This document shows, one piece after another, positions 1 to 11,560 of a stretch of 64,000 bases of DNA (the first letter of the stretch is position 1; every line of letters begins with the position of its first letter). The position numbers and the translations under genes were made by a program. The stretch is taken from NCBI RefSeq assembly GCF_036321535.1, contig NC_087437.1, positions 69,380,001 through 69,444,000 of the forward strand, in the 5' to 3' direction. The notes under the pieces were generated by a model, which had not been told where the DNA came from, searched no databases, and saw nothing but the letters and a program-made list of their open reading frames with translations. This stretch comes from Camelus dromedarius (Eukaryota).

Positions 1-349
1 TTTAGGCCTGGCTTACACTACTTAAAAAAAAAAACAGTTTGTGCTTTCTATATACAAACATATATCAATGTGTTTAGATAGATACACATTATATATGATT
101 AATATGAATTAGTAGAATCTAGAATGCTTTATATTCAGTCTCTTTTAAACCAATACCAGTATGACTGAATTTTGATAAGACTTTTAAAATCACAGCTGTT
201 GAGATGCTAGGCAAAATTATGTGATTGAGAATTATGACCCTTTAAAATATGAATCAACTCTCATTTTTGTTGTTCATTACCTCATAGATACTAAGTGGGG
301 CTATATCTCCCATATGTGAGCTGTCACCCATGAAATTCATAAATAAAGG

Positions 350-465
350 GGTGGAGAAGAGAGAGGAAAAGAGGAAAGGAGAGTGGGTGAGATGATCAAA
401 AGAGAAATTAGAGGAGAGAGAGATATGAGAGGAAAAAGAAGAATAGAGGAGGAGAGAAGGGAAAA
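350..465. repeat. GA-rich low-complexity polypurine tract
   Basis: About 115 bp of mostly G/A (gagaagagagaggaaaagaggaaaggagag...). Confidence 0.8.
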
Positions 466-554
466 TCCTATTCTAGAAGAAAATCTTGGACCTAAAAATA
501 TATATCAGACATCAGTCAAACAGGGTAAAGGCGGACTTTGAATGTATTTTATAC

Positions 555-800
555 TCCATTTAACCATCTGATAAGTATCTGGTACTGTGCTAGGTTTATG
601 GTGATGAAGAAAATGGACATGGAGCTTGTAGCCAAGTAAGGAAGTAAATTTTAACGTGCAAATACTGGATAAATGTATATTTTAATTGGTGCTCCAATGA
701 AAATATGCCTGGTAGATTTCTTAGATTGGGTGATCAGGTAAAAGTACTCCAAAGAGTGATGAAATTGAGACCAAAAAGATGAAAAGTGAAGAGCAGTGCA
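555..800 (-). mobile_element. L2 LINE 3' fragment
   Basis: 'ggtactgtgctaggtttatggtgatgaagaaaatggacatgg' resembles the reverse complement of the L2 3' end. Confidence 0.55.
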
Positions 801-1394
801 TACACAGAAGCTACATAGGTGTCATTTACAAGCACACGCACGGGTTCTACTGGAAAGTGTTCATAAGGTAAAGTCATCTCATGAATCCTAAACAAGAGAC
901 TCTGTGATAATTTAGATGCCTCACTAGGAAGGGGGTTGGTTTTAGAAGTACTTGGAGCAGATTGGCAAACCCATGGTTTACTCTCAAGGAAGACCCTTTT
1001 AATACGTTGGTGATAGGGTAGAAGGTAGCAGTCATCAGGGTAAAACACCGGTTACATATTTCTGGGGGAAAAAAAATCCATGACTTAAATTTGTAACAGA
1101 GTGGAGGGAGAAAGAAGGAAGGGCTGCAAAAGACAATTAAGTGGTAGCGTGTGTGACGTGCTGTGGGAAGGGAAATTCATGGAGCCTGGTTCTTCAGAAT
1201 CCACTGCAAGAGAGGTTGGAAGAGCTAGTCTTCTCATTATAATAATGTCAGCCATCCTTTACAAAGCCTATATGGGACATGTCTATACTACCCCCCAAAA
1301 AAGAGAGAACAATAATCCTTCAAAGGATTAAGCCATCTAATGTTTAATTCTGCAGGAAAATAAACCAAAAAGGGATGAAGAATCACCAGTACTT

Positions 1395-1400
1395 GAAAAG

Positions 1401-1431
<31 letters not shown>

Positions 1432-1522
1432 GAAAAGAAAAAAGAAAAGAAAAGAAAAGAAAAGAAAAGAAAAGAAAAGAAAAGAAAAGAAAAGAAAAGA
1501 AAAGAAAAAGAAAAGAAAAAAG
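1395..1522. repeat. (GAAAA)n pentanucleotide microsatellite
   Basis: About 128 bp near-perfect GAAAA array; it explains the Phe/Ser-rich ORFs at 1288-1711. Confidence 0.98.
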
Positions 1523-2309
1523 CCAGTATGAGATATCACTGACTAGACAAGGGCATGCCTGTGGTGTTACTGGGGCCTTAAGTGATATCCCAGTGATCAA
1601 AAGAAACCTTCTGTAGGCCAGAGGATGTCTTTGAGAGACAATTAAGAGAACAGCCTCTGGTGATAAAATAGAGCAAATGGACTGCTCTATCCTTCTAGCA
1701 AAGATCAGCAATGGGATGGAAGAGAACCAAGGAATACTAGAAAGAGAATTTCATTTGCTTGGGATCACCTTCGAGTAGAAGCAAAATAAATGGCAATTTG
1801 TCAGACTGATCTCATCCCTCTAGGATAGATAATCAGGTATTTTCAGAAGGTGAGGAGGCAGCCTATCATCTTGAGGAGGGGATTTGACCGCTAAGCATGA
1901 GTACCAGCCTGGCACCTCATGATCAGGAGAATGGAAGAAGGGGGTGTGGAGATTCGTGGTCGCTGTTTTGTATAGAAGCTTATGACGTTTGGGAGAATTA
2001 GAGATAGACTGTGAGAGAAACCTGTTGACTGTTCGCTGGTTAAATCAATAGTTTTCACCTGAGAAAAAGGATGATTTGAAGATGTACCATGAAGAGTGTT
2101 CAATTTGATTTTGACAGCTGGACAGCTCGATGCATAGAGCACAGTGTGGAAAGATTAAATAAGCCAGTCACACAGCATAGAAGAAAAAATTATGGAGATT
2201 AGAGCTTTTCTTTTTAACACTGGGAGATGATTTGTAAAACTGAGTGTCTATTTGGAAAACTGTTGTTTTAAAGAACCAAATATCAAAATATAAGACAGCT
2301 TAGGGCAGT

Positions 2310-3190
2310 GTTTATTTTCAGCATTTTATCTAACTTTTTTTCAAGTACACAGGAAATAATAGAATAATATAGTAAATATCCAGATATTTAATTCCTAGTT
2401 TCAATAATTGTTCTCATTTTATCAGATCATCTCTATTTGTATAGAGTATGATATGTACTTAAATAAGGATGATGTACTTAAAGTCAATTAAAGATATCAT
2501 GATATTTCACCTCTAAATAATGACAATTATTTATTATTAATTTCAAAACATATTCTTCTACATAGCCTCAAGCCTACCGTCATTGCACCTAACACAGAAA
2601 GCAGTAATTCCTTTATTCTTTAATACCATCCACTATAAGGCCTTTATTAGTTTCCTAAGACTGCCACAACAAATTATCATGAACTAGGTGACTTAAAGCA
2701 ATAAAAATTTATTCTCTCAAATTCTGGAGACCAGAAGTCTAACGTCACAGTGTTGGAGGGATGCACTTCCTCTGAAGGCTCTAGAGGAAATCCTTTTCTG
2801 CTTCTTCTAGCTTCTGGGTAGCTCCAGGCATCCCTTGGCTTGTGGCTGTGTAGGTCCAATCCCTGTCTCTGTCAGCAAAGGGCCTTTTCAGCTGTATCTC
2901 CCTGTGGTTTCTTTTCCCATCAGTGTCTTCTCTGATAAGGAAATCAGTCATTGTATTTAGGGGCCACCCTAAATTGAGGATGATCTCATCTTGAGTTTCT
3001 TAATTACATCTGCAAAGAACCTATTTCCATAAAACATCACCTTCACTGGTACTAGAAATTAGGACTCGGACATACCTTTTGGGGGCCACTGCTGTATCCT
3101 CTATATGGTCCATATTCACATTTCCTCGAAATGTTTTGTAGAATACTCTTTACAGCTGGTTTGTTGAAATTATTATCAAAGTCCATTCAT
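2310..3190 (-). mobile_element. Old L1 (L1MC-like) 3' UTR fragment interrupted by an MLT1 LTR
   Basis: 'gatatcatgatatttcacctctaaata' and 'cagtaattcc' lie to the left of the LTR. 'gtccatattcacatttcc...tttacagctggtttgttgaa' resumes to the right. These are consecutive L1MC 3' UTR motifs. Confidence 0.6.
2643..3092 (-). mobile_element. MLT1C-like ERVL-MaLR solo LTR
   Basis: Diagnostic MLT1 motifs: 'tattagtttcctaagactgccacaacaaatta', 'aaatttattctctcaaattctggagaccagaagtc', 'ctctgaaggctctagaggaaatcc', 'attacatctgcaaagaacctatttcc'. Confidence 0.88.
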
Positions 3191-3254
3191 TGGGCAAAGT
3201 ATTTAAATTACATGCTGTGAAAATTTGTTTCCAATCAATAAATCAAAATTAATG

Positions 3255-3370
3255 TAGATTCATTTATTTAACAAGTATGGATTTATACTAAGCACTTACT
3301 ATAAACAAAACCCACGCTGGGTAAACAGTGGTGAGCAAAACAGACAGGGGGTCACTCGGAAGATCATTCT
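3255..3370 (-). mobile_element. L2 3' fragment
   Basis: 'ttcatttatttaacaag...agcacttactat...aacagtggtgagcaaaacagaca'. Confidence 0.6.
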
Positions 3371-4569
3371 AGGGCTGACAGCACTGTCACAGAGCAACAT
3401 GATCTCCCAAATGTTGTTTCAAGCCAGATGGACTGAAGGAGCATGGCTCTCTTCTAGGATATAAGAGGTTGCCTTTTCCTTTGTGCCTTTTGACTCCTAT
3501 AGAGTTGACAAAGATTTTACTGAAGTCTTGACATTTTTGCATGTGTTGTTTCACTGGTTACATGTTTATAGGCACTTTATAGACCAGAATGATCAATGAA
3601 GAGCTAGAATGTGAACAGGTTGTGAAGATTTTCAGAAGAAAAAGAACACTTTTGGACCCAGGAAAATATATCCTCTTTATCTGTTTGCCTTAAAAAAATG
3701 CTTGTTGTGTATATACTTCTGGATTCTGTATCCTTTTGTCAGATTTTACTGGAATCTGCCAGTGAGTTGAAAATTCTCAGAAGAAGAAAAGGAAGGAATC
3801 AAGAATGTCTCTCTCTCTTTTTTTTTTTAAAGCCCTTAGAAGTATTAGTTTTAATATTGCTCACCTGTTTCTTGGCTGGGTTATGCCTAACACTGAGTGA
3901 AGAAATCTTGTAAAATGTTTGAGTATCCTCAGGTGAAGGATCTAATTAAGTGAGCATTACTGTTTTTATTATTTTCTAGGCATGGTTTAAAATAATTATG
4001 GTTGGATAACATGAATAGTTGTTTCTTGAAATAGCTAACTCGGCAGCCTGGTAGGGAGGTTATGATCTTGGACTTGCAAGCCTAGTTGAGTCATTAAGTA
4101 ACAGAGAGCACAATCTAATTAAATTTGACGTCTTCACATGGGGAATCACCCACAGGTAGGACTACAGGATGAAACTTCAGGAAGGATTTTTTTTTTAAAG
4201 AAAGTTCATTAGAAAGAGACTGAGGGGGAAAGTTTGAAAATGAAAATTTATGAAATCTGCAAAGGAGCCACTTTCAGATCTTCCCCTAGAGAAAGAATTA
4301 GAGCTGTGAAAATATCAGCAGTTTCCAAAGGGTTACACAATCTTCTGTGACGCTGATGCACACAAATGGTCAGACCTCGGGCGGCCGCATCGTGGAACTA
4401 GAAATCACTGTGGACCTTAAGCAGTCTCTCATGCAGTTAAATACTATCACAGTCACACAATGTGTCATTAGGGAATGCAGCCCCTTTTTATTTTTAGGCA
4501 AAGGTACTATAATATCATCATTCAATACCATCTTTAAAAGGATCTTGCACAATATCACTACTTTAATAA

Positions 4570-5150
4570 AAACTCAGTTTTCACTTTTTCATATTTCTTT
4601 CAAATTGCTCACCATAGGAATACACATTTTACGTGGTTTGAGATAATAGTGTGCAAACCATTTTATAATTTGTTTTTTCCATTTGATGTGATAGCCTAAA
4701 CATCGTCAGTAGTTTTCACGTTCTGTGTAGATTTTAATGTTAAATGGTTTATGTAGTTTAACATTAAGTGGCTTTATAATATTTGAATGAATTGATATAC
4801 TACAATAGATCTCCTGTATTTGGACATTTATATTGGTTCTAATTTTTTATTTCTATGGATACATTTCAATTATTTTTTGACAAATTTAAATAATTTTTGG
4901 TATAATCCAAGTGCTTAATAAGTATTTGGGTGAAGAGATGAATACTATTTTTATACTTTCTTGGCTAGCATTAACAGGAATTTCATCCTGATTTTGTAAT
5001 TTCAATTACTTATCCAAATGGTGGTATATTTTACAGTGTCATCAAATTGTGGGAATACCTTTTACTTACAACCCCTTCAGTATTTGTTACCCTGTTAAAC
5101 ATTTTAAAATGAATCTAGGTTAATACTTCCTTTTGGTTGCATGCATTGCA
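4570..5150 (-). mobile_element. Highly decayed L1ME-like 3' fragment
   Basis: AT-rich, with 'ctcctgtatttggacattta...ttctaattt' and 'ccaaatggtggtatattttacag' motifs typical of antisense L1ME. Confidence 0.45.
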
Positions 5151-5715
5151 TTGTGTCTGTTACACTAAAAAAAGGATATCTTACCCTGTGTGCAGTTTAT
5201 GTATTTTGAAAAGAGGATTTTTTGGGAAAACCACAGAAGTCTACTCAAAAATGGGTGAGGAGATGAAAGGTGAGAAAAAAGAGCAGCTGAGGCAAGGAAG
5301 ATGCTAAATTCCTTCCCAGAACCCATCCCTGGCTTCTCTAAATGGGGCACATTGTCTTTCTTCCTCTTCCTCGTCCTTTCCTCAGGCCCCAGGCCCCACT
5401 ACTCACAGCATGCGGCTCTCAAGCATTGCTTTTATTACACAGATTCCACACCCAGACCAAAAGTCCAACCTACAAAATTAGAATGCAAAATTATGAGTTT
5501 AAGCCTTTTCCTACCTCACATTTAAATAGCTAGATATAGAAATGTGTTTATGCCCGGAAGGGGATACTTTAAAAATTTAAAATGAGCACCAAATAAGTAG
5601 TTATTAAAAAGTAATTTCATCCATGGCAGGCGACTGTCAGCCCATAGGATGTAGCACTATGGAAATCAAAAAAAGTATCTAATTGTTTTTTTGAAGTCTT
5701 AAAATAGCCATAACA

Positions 5716-5880
5716 TTCTAGAATGTCAGAGCTGGAAGGGGTCTTAGAGATCACCCTCATTTTATAAATGAGGAACTATGTCCAGAGAGTGACGAGGTTC
5801 CTGAAATCACGCAGCTCCGTGTTGGAGCCGGAGCTAGAACCCAGGTCGGGGGTTTGTTCAGCTCCATCTTTATGGCTCAT
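5716..5880 (-). mobile_element. MIR (MIR3/MIRc-like) SINE
   Basis: 'agaatgtcagagctggaaggggtcttagagatc...cattttataaatgaggaact...gagctagaacccaggtc'. Confidence 0.8.
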
Positions 5881-6182
5881 TCTTCCAGAAAGAGAAGCAG
5901 CTGCCAATTCCCAGGGATGGAGGTGAGCCCGATGAGGTGAGACAGGCTCCTCAGACTCCACTCTTAGTAGATGCTTCAAAATTATCTTTTGAATGAATTT
6001 CAACACTGTGAAACAGTGACCAAAAAGTCTTTTGAGGAGGAGCAATAGAAAAAGGTCATGTCGGTGTGTTTGCCACCTCCCACCTACACACACACACGGT
6101 TGTTCACAGCATGTTACACGGAGGTTTTCAAACTGTTCTCTGCAAAGTTGTGTGCTCCTTGACATCTCTTCAGGGTCACAGT

Positions 6183-6210
6183 GGGGGTGGGGGTGGGGGT
6201 GGGGGCAGGG
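6183..6210 (+). repeat. (GGGGGT)n G-rich repeat, potential G-quadruplex
   Basis: G5-T-G5-T-G5-T-G5-CA-G3 read directly. Confidence 0.9.
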
Positions 6211-6371
6211 TCTTTAATTGGCACAGCTCTGCCAGTGTCTACTACATACAGCAAAGGTCTTCGTAAGATTTTGTGACCATGAAGGTTCTGCCTCTCTCAC
6301 ACACATAGACACACATGCGTACATACATACATATATACATACGCACATTTGGAAACCACTGATGTATATGA

Positions 6372-6605
6372 GCTATCTAATTTTACAGGCAAACCCCTGG
6401 AGGCTCAGAATGGCTCCAGGGATTGGCTGAGTGACTCCCTAATTAGTTACCAGGTAAAGTGGGAGAGTGCAGAGGGCCGTCATTTGGCATCCTGAGGTTC
6501 TTGGTCCAAAACCTGCCTCCATTAATTTATCAGATTTGTTAACTTGGGCCAGTGATTTAACTTGCTGAGTCAATTTTCTTGTTTATAAATGGGATAATTA
6601 CATTT
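6372..6605. mobile_element. Two adjacent MIR fragments in opposite orientation
   Basis: 'attttacaggcaaacccctggaggctcaga' (minus-strand core) followed by 'aacttgggccagtgatttaacttgctgagtcaattttcttgtttataaatgggataat' (plus-strand core). Confidence 0.55.
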
Positions 6606-6642
6606 TTATATAGGTCAGTTTTCAGAGAAAATGAAGGAATAT

Positions 6643-6643
6643 G

Positions 6644-6687
<44 letters not shown>

Positions 6688-6689
6688 TA
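6643..6689. repeat. (TA)n(CA)n compound microsatellite
   Basis: Read directly. Confidence 0.9.
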
Positions 6690-8312
6690 GGTAATTTTAG
6701 TTTTTGAGAAACAGTGTTTGGATTATTTTTGTTGTTTCCCTTTTTCTTAGTCTCAGGGTCAGGGCTGGAACCATGCTTCCTGAATCCCATTTAATACTCT
6801 TCTGACTACAGAGTGACTGCTTCTCCTGCCCTTGTCAGAGTTGTTTCCTATCCATGGTGTTGGATTGTGGCTGTAGCTATGTGGCCCCCAAATCCCTTAT
6901 CTCATTCCTCGGTTCCAGTTTGATAGGTAACAAATCCTGAAACTCCTGAAGTTATGATGCCTGAGAATCCATAACGGCTGCTCCATAACACAACAAATCC
7001 CGACACCTGATGGGAATAAGAAATTGGTGTCTCACACTGTCCGCCTCCTCTAATGCTTGGCAGGACAAAAATGTCCCTAAGCCTCAATATTCTCTTTGCC
7101 AATGACTGATAAATTATCCTTTATTATGCATTTGCCCACATTTAGCTTCTGTTCCAACCTCAACTCCTTTCATCTCTAGTCATTGCCCCTCTTCCTCTGG
7201 TTCTTTGTTCCTTTTAGAACTATCTTGTATGTGTGTGCATGTGTGCGTGTGTGTATTACACATAATACATATTGTATATATACATATATGCATACACATA
7301 TACACACATGCATATATGCAAATGCCAGGACAAAATGACAAAACACTTCATTAAAACGTATGCAGTTCTTTTGCTACTAGGGCTCAAGGGCAGAAGCATA
7401 AACTGTTACCAATACACAATTTGAACCCACTCAGAATAAAGTTAAAAAGCTGAAGACTGATTACACGGTATTAAAAATGAAAGCAGAAGCGGGAGGGAGG
7501 CAGCCCACATCGAAGAAGTGCCTGGTTGTGGGAGGTTATCAGAGAACTACACGCATTACTTCTGGGTACAGAGAAGACCTCATTGCTGTAAAAATTAGGA
7601 AGGCAATTTGGCAAATTTATGTCAAAAGCATTGGCAGGTAGGGGATGTGGTAGGATAAGGGATATGCAGTGGTGGCAAGGAGGATATGCAGTGGTTGTTT
7701 TAAGTTGTTTTTAAGTTAAACTGTAAAATTGTGCATATGTTCTGATAACAAATAATTAGGAGAAACCTACTCTTTCTGCACCTTCTAAGACAAAGTTTAC
7801 CAGATAAAGCCTGTTTGTTATGCTCCGTTGCACTCCACAGGTAATATGTTGATATTTGATCCATGTTTTTCCCTCCTGGGATGAACTGCATCATCAGCCT
7901 GCATCTTCTTTCTCCTAAATCCAGTCTATAATTCTGTCTTTTCCAACATCTCATGGGCCCTACTGCTCTTGGAAGATGACTACATAGAAGGACAGATTCC
8001 CACTCCTCTTCCTCCTCCCTCCCTACTCCCTACACTTGCCTCCCACTCCTGAGCACCAGGACCATATGACCCATATCCCCTATTCTTTCTTGCATTGTCA
8101 GATTGTTCAGTAGCATCTTCACATGCTGAAAGAATTTAAGACTACACGTTTTGTACCCAGTTTTAAAGTGTGCCATCCTTTCACCTGAACCACAATGGGA
8201 ATAAAAGCCTTTCCCAAACCCTGTGAACTAAATATTACTACCCCTTGGGTTATGGTCTGTGATGGGTTCCCACAGCCCTCTCTTATCCCCCACCCAGCAC
8301 TTAAGCAGATAT

Positions 8313-8525
8313 AAGTAGTGTGGTACAGAGGTTAGGAACAAAAGCACCAGGATTAGAAACACTTGATTTCAATAATTAACTAGGTGAATTACTTAAACTT
8401 TTTAATCCTCAATTTTCTCACTTGTAATTGAAGATACTAATATCTTTATAAAGCTTTTGTGCAAAATAAATTAACCAATATACTATGTAAAATGTTTTAC
8501 ATACTACTTTGTACATGACATTGTT
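8313..8525 (+). mobile_element. MIR SINE
   Basis: 'taggtgaattacttaaactttttaatcctcaattttctcacttgtaattgaagatactaata' matches the MIR core. Confidence 0.7.
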
Positions 8526-9729
8526 TTAAAACAAATAAAGAAAAAACTATAATCCAATGTTCTTCTTTCCACTAGATATAAACTCTTTGGAGCACAGACT
8601 TGTCTTAATATCTGTGCAGAACATAGTAGGCATTTAATTAATTTGGAAGTAACGAGTACAAGAATGCATATACTTATGAACAAATCATAAAACTAGAGGT
8701 CAGAAGATTAAATAACTTGCCTAAAGTCAGCCATTGTTAAAAGAGCTGGAATTGAGGCCAGATGTATTTTATTATATGCTTCTAGTCAGTGTTCTATAAC
8801 ATAAATGCTTTCTTTCGTTTCTTTACTTTGTGAAAGGTTAGCCCTTGCTTTTTCAGGCACGATTCCTTGAGCTTTATAGGCTTGGTGAAGAAAACAGCCA
8901 TAAATCCTTGGGACTTGATGTTAAAGTGTTTTGGCTCAGTTGCCTACATGAATTTATCTGTTTGGTGAAGGTGTGGGCTCATACCACAACAGCCACCAGC
9001 AGTGAGAATTCATCTCCTGAGTCTTAATTAAAACAGTCTTTGGAGAATACAACTGCCTCAGGAAATGCCAGAAAATCTCATTTAAAGGCTTCCTGATTGT
9101 GATATTTCCAATGTCATATAGCAGATTCACGAAACTTGGGTGTTTGGAATAAGTTTAGGATAAGAACAGCCTCACTTAAAGTGCTTATCTTAACCACCAA
9201 ACCATCTGTTCTCCCGTCATGGTTCTAAACGCTACATAAGGACAAGCGTTCCTCTCTCTGTCCCATTTTGCATCTGAACACGATCTATTTCCAAAGTAGC
9301 TTATTTTTCTCCCTTCCCCATCATAAAAGGCAGAAACTAGCTGTGAACATTTTCACAGAACTGAAAGAATCTTCTTCACCTCTTTCTAGTACCTCCTGCC
9401 CAGCCCTCTCCTTCCTAAATCTCTACTCCTGCACTCGTAGTTACATCAGTACAGTTGCTTTTCTTTTCTTTTTCTTTTTTAAAATTATTCATCTAATTCA
9501 TTACTATGCCTACTAATTTGTTCTAAACAGTTTCTTATATCTCTTTCTTCCTCTTCATCTCATGCTTTAGATTATTACAAAAATCTTTTTTTTCTCTCTT
9601 TCCCTGCTTCTAGATTCTCCCATGCTCCTACCATCTCAGACAAGATGGAAGAATAATTGGTTTTAGATAATAAAGCAGGGCTCCCAGAAAAAAAAAAAGA
9701 AAAAAGAATTTGATCCTTTGCTCTATTAC

Positions 9730-10265
9730 AAAATGTACAGTGCCCAAAACAAATGCAGTGAATGTCACTTTTCTTCTCTGTCCTCATCAGGGCATACCTA
9801 GAGTAGCACATTCAATTCTGGCCACATTTAAAGGACATCAGAAAACTGAAGCAGATCCATTACAGAGTGATCCAGATGGCAATGGGCCTGAAAGTCATGG
9901 GAGGTCAGAGACAAATTAAAAACCTAGCGGGAGTTTAGTTGAAAATAAAGAGACTAAAGGAAGACGTTAAAGGAATGTTACATGGTAGGAGGATTAAACT
10001 TTTTTGTCACTTGCAGAAATAAAACTTGAACCACTGACTGGAGATTAAGGTTAGTTGGATTTCAGTACTAGCCAAGGAAGAATTTTCTGATGTTTGATCT
10101 GTATAAAAAGGGATAAGCACCTTTGTTGAGGTAGTGGATTCCCTGTATAAGAAGCTGGTATATGGATACTCAGTCTAAATTTTTTAGGATATATTCAGGT
10201 ATAGAGAAAGGAAATAGACCATGTGACCACTTGGATTACCTGCAATGTTAAATGGCTGTGATTCT
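9730..10265 (+). mobile_element. CR1/L3 LINE fossil (ORF2 C-terminus plus 3' UTR)
   Basis: From 9774 it translates FSVLIRAYLE*HIQFWPHLKDIRKLKQIHYRVIQMAMGLK, matching CR1 ORF2 YSALVRPHLEYCVQFW.P..KKDI.KLE.VQRRAT.M..GLE. Later 'ggagtttagttgaaaataaagagactaaagg' (GLFSLEKRRLRG-like). Ends in a 'ctgtgattct' tail. Confidence 0.85.
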
Positions 10266-10319
10266 TCAATATTTGAGCCTTGTTATTCACCATTTTCTAT
10301 CTTTTACATTTTCTGTTTG

Positions 10320-10960
10320 TTTCTTAAATAGCTTTATTGAGGTGTAATTTACATATAAAAATCACCCAATTTAAATGGACATTGAAACTTTTTAAGGCTT
10401 TTTTAGCGCACTTTTAGGCTGATCGCAAAATTGAGAGGTACAGAGATTTTTCCATGCACCCCCTGTTCTCACACATACATGGCTTCGCCCACTATAAGCC
10501 CTCCCCACTAGAGTGGTAAATTTGTTACAGTTGAACCCACATTAACGCATAATCACCCAGAGTCCATAGTTTACCTTAGGGCTCACTCTTGGTATACTTT
10601 CTATGAGATTAGACAAATGTATGATGACATATATCCATCACTGTAGTATACAAACTATTTTCACTGCCTTATATACCCTCTGTTCTCTTCCTACCATTCT
10701 CTTCTGCCAACCCTGGCAAGCACTGATATTTATCCTGTCTCCATAGTTTTGCTTTTTCTAGAATATTATACAGTTGGACTCAAACACTATGTACCCTTTT
10801 CAGATTGGCTTCTTTCACTTAGTAATATTCATTTAAGGTTCTTCCATGTCTTTTCATGACTTGATAGCTCATTTCTTTTTAGTGCTGAATGATGTTCTAT
10901 TGTCTAGATGTTCCCCAGTTAATTTACCCATTCACCAACTAAAGGACATCCTGGTTGCTA
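10320..10960 (-). mobile_element. L1MC1-like 3' UTR, preceded by a short L1MB-like terminus at ~10320-10380
   Basis: 'gcaaaattgagaggtacagaga', 'agagtggtaaatttgttaca', 'tcacccagagtccatagtttaccttagggctcactcttgg', 'ttttcagattggcttctttcacttagtaata'. Confidence 0.85.
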
Positions 10961-11124
10961 TTTGTCACTTAGTGAACCCTTTTTGCTTTAATCCAGTCAG
11001 TTTCCCACCTGCCATAGTTTATCCCTATTGCTGTGCCACTGCACAGACATATCCACTCCTGGACAATTCATGCCCATCATCTCCCTGAAAGTCAACTCAG
11101 AGAGTCCTGTAATTAAATTCACCT

Positions 11125-11560
11125 CTCTCGTTGCTTAGCAGCTAACTTACTGAAGGTTTAGGCTAAGGGTCTGTAACAAGTATACCAGGAAAAAAACAAA
11201 CGCAAAAGCAGTGGCAGAAATGCAAAAGAAGGTCATTTCTCTCTCGGGTAACAGCTCAGAAGTAGGCAGTCTTGATGAGGGTGGTTCTGCATGTTTAGTA
11301 AGTGGCTTCCATCTCTCTGGCCCAGGCAGTGTTTCCCCTTCTCACCTTCTTACAGCAGCAGGCTCTTGGGAAAGAGCCAAGGCAGTGCTTGCTCAATAAT
11401 TTAAAGTGCAAACTTGGAAGTTGTACATATCACCTTCACTCACATTGCATTAACCAGAATTTAGTCTCATGGTTACACCGACTGTAAGGAAGACTAGGGA
11501 ACAGAGTGCCCACTGACCAGCTAAAACTTAATTATAGATGAAAGGGAGAATGGGTGTTGG
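11125..11560 (-). mobile_element. Old MLT1 (J/K/L-like) LTR
   Basis: 'catatcaccttcactcacattgcattaaccagaatttagtctcatggttacaccgactgtaaggaagactaggga' is typical of old MLT1. Confidence 0.6.

Noticed and set aside
1288..1711. Phe/Ser-rich ORFs
   Set aside because: Translations of the (TTTTC)n microsatellite.
4376..4397. NotI site GCGGCCGC with a small CpG cluster, as vector or CpG island
   Set aside because: Only ~20 bp, with no polylinker context and too short for an island.
10126..10150. let-7-like TGAGGTAGT seed
   Set aside because: It lies in the CR1/L3 3' region, the rest does not match let-7, and no hairpin partner is visible.
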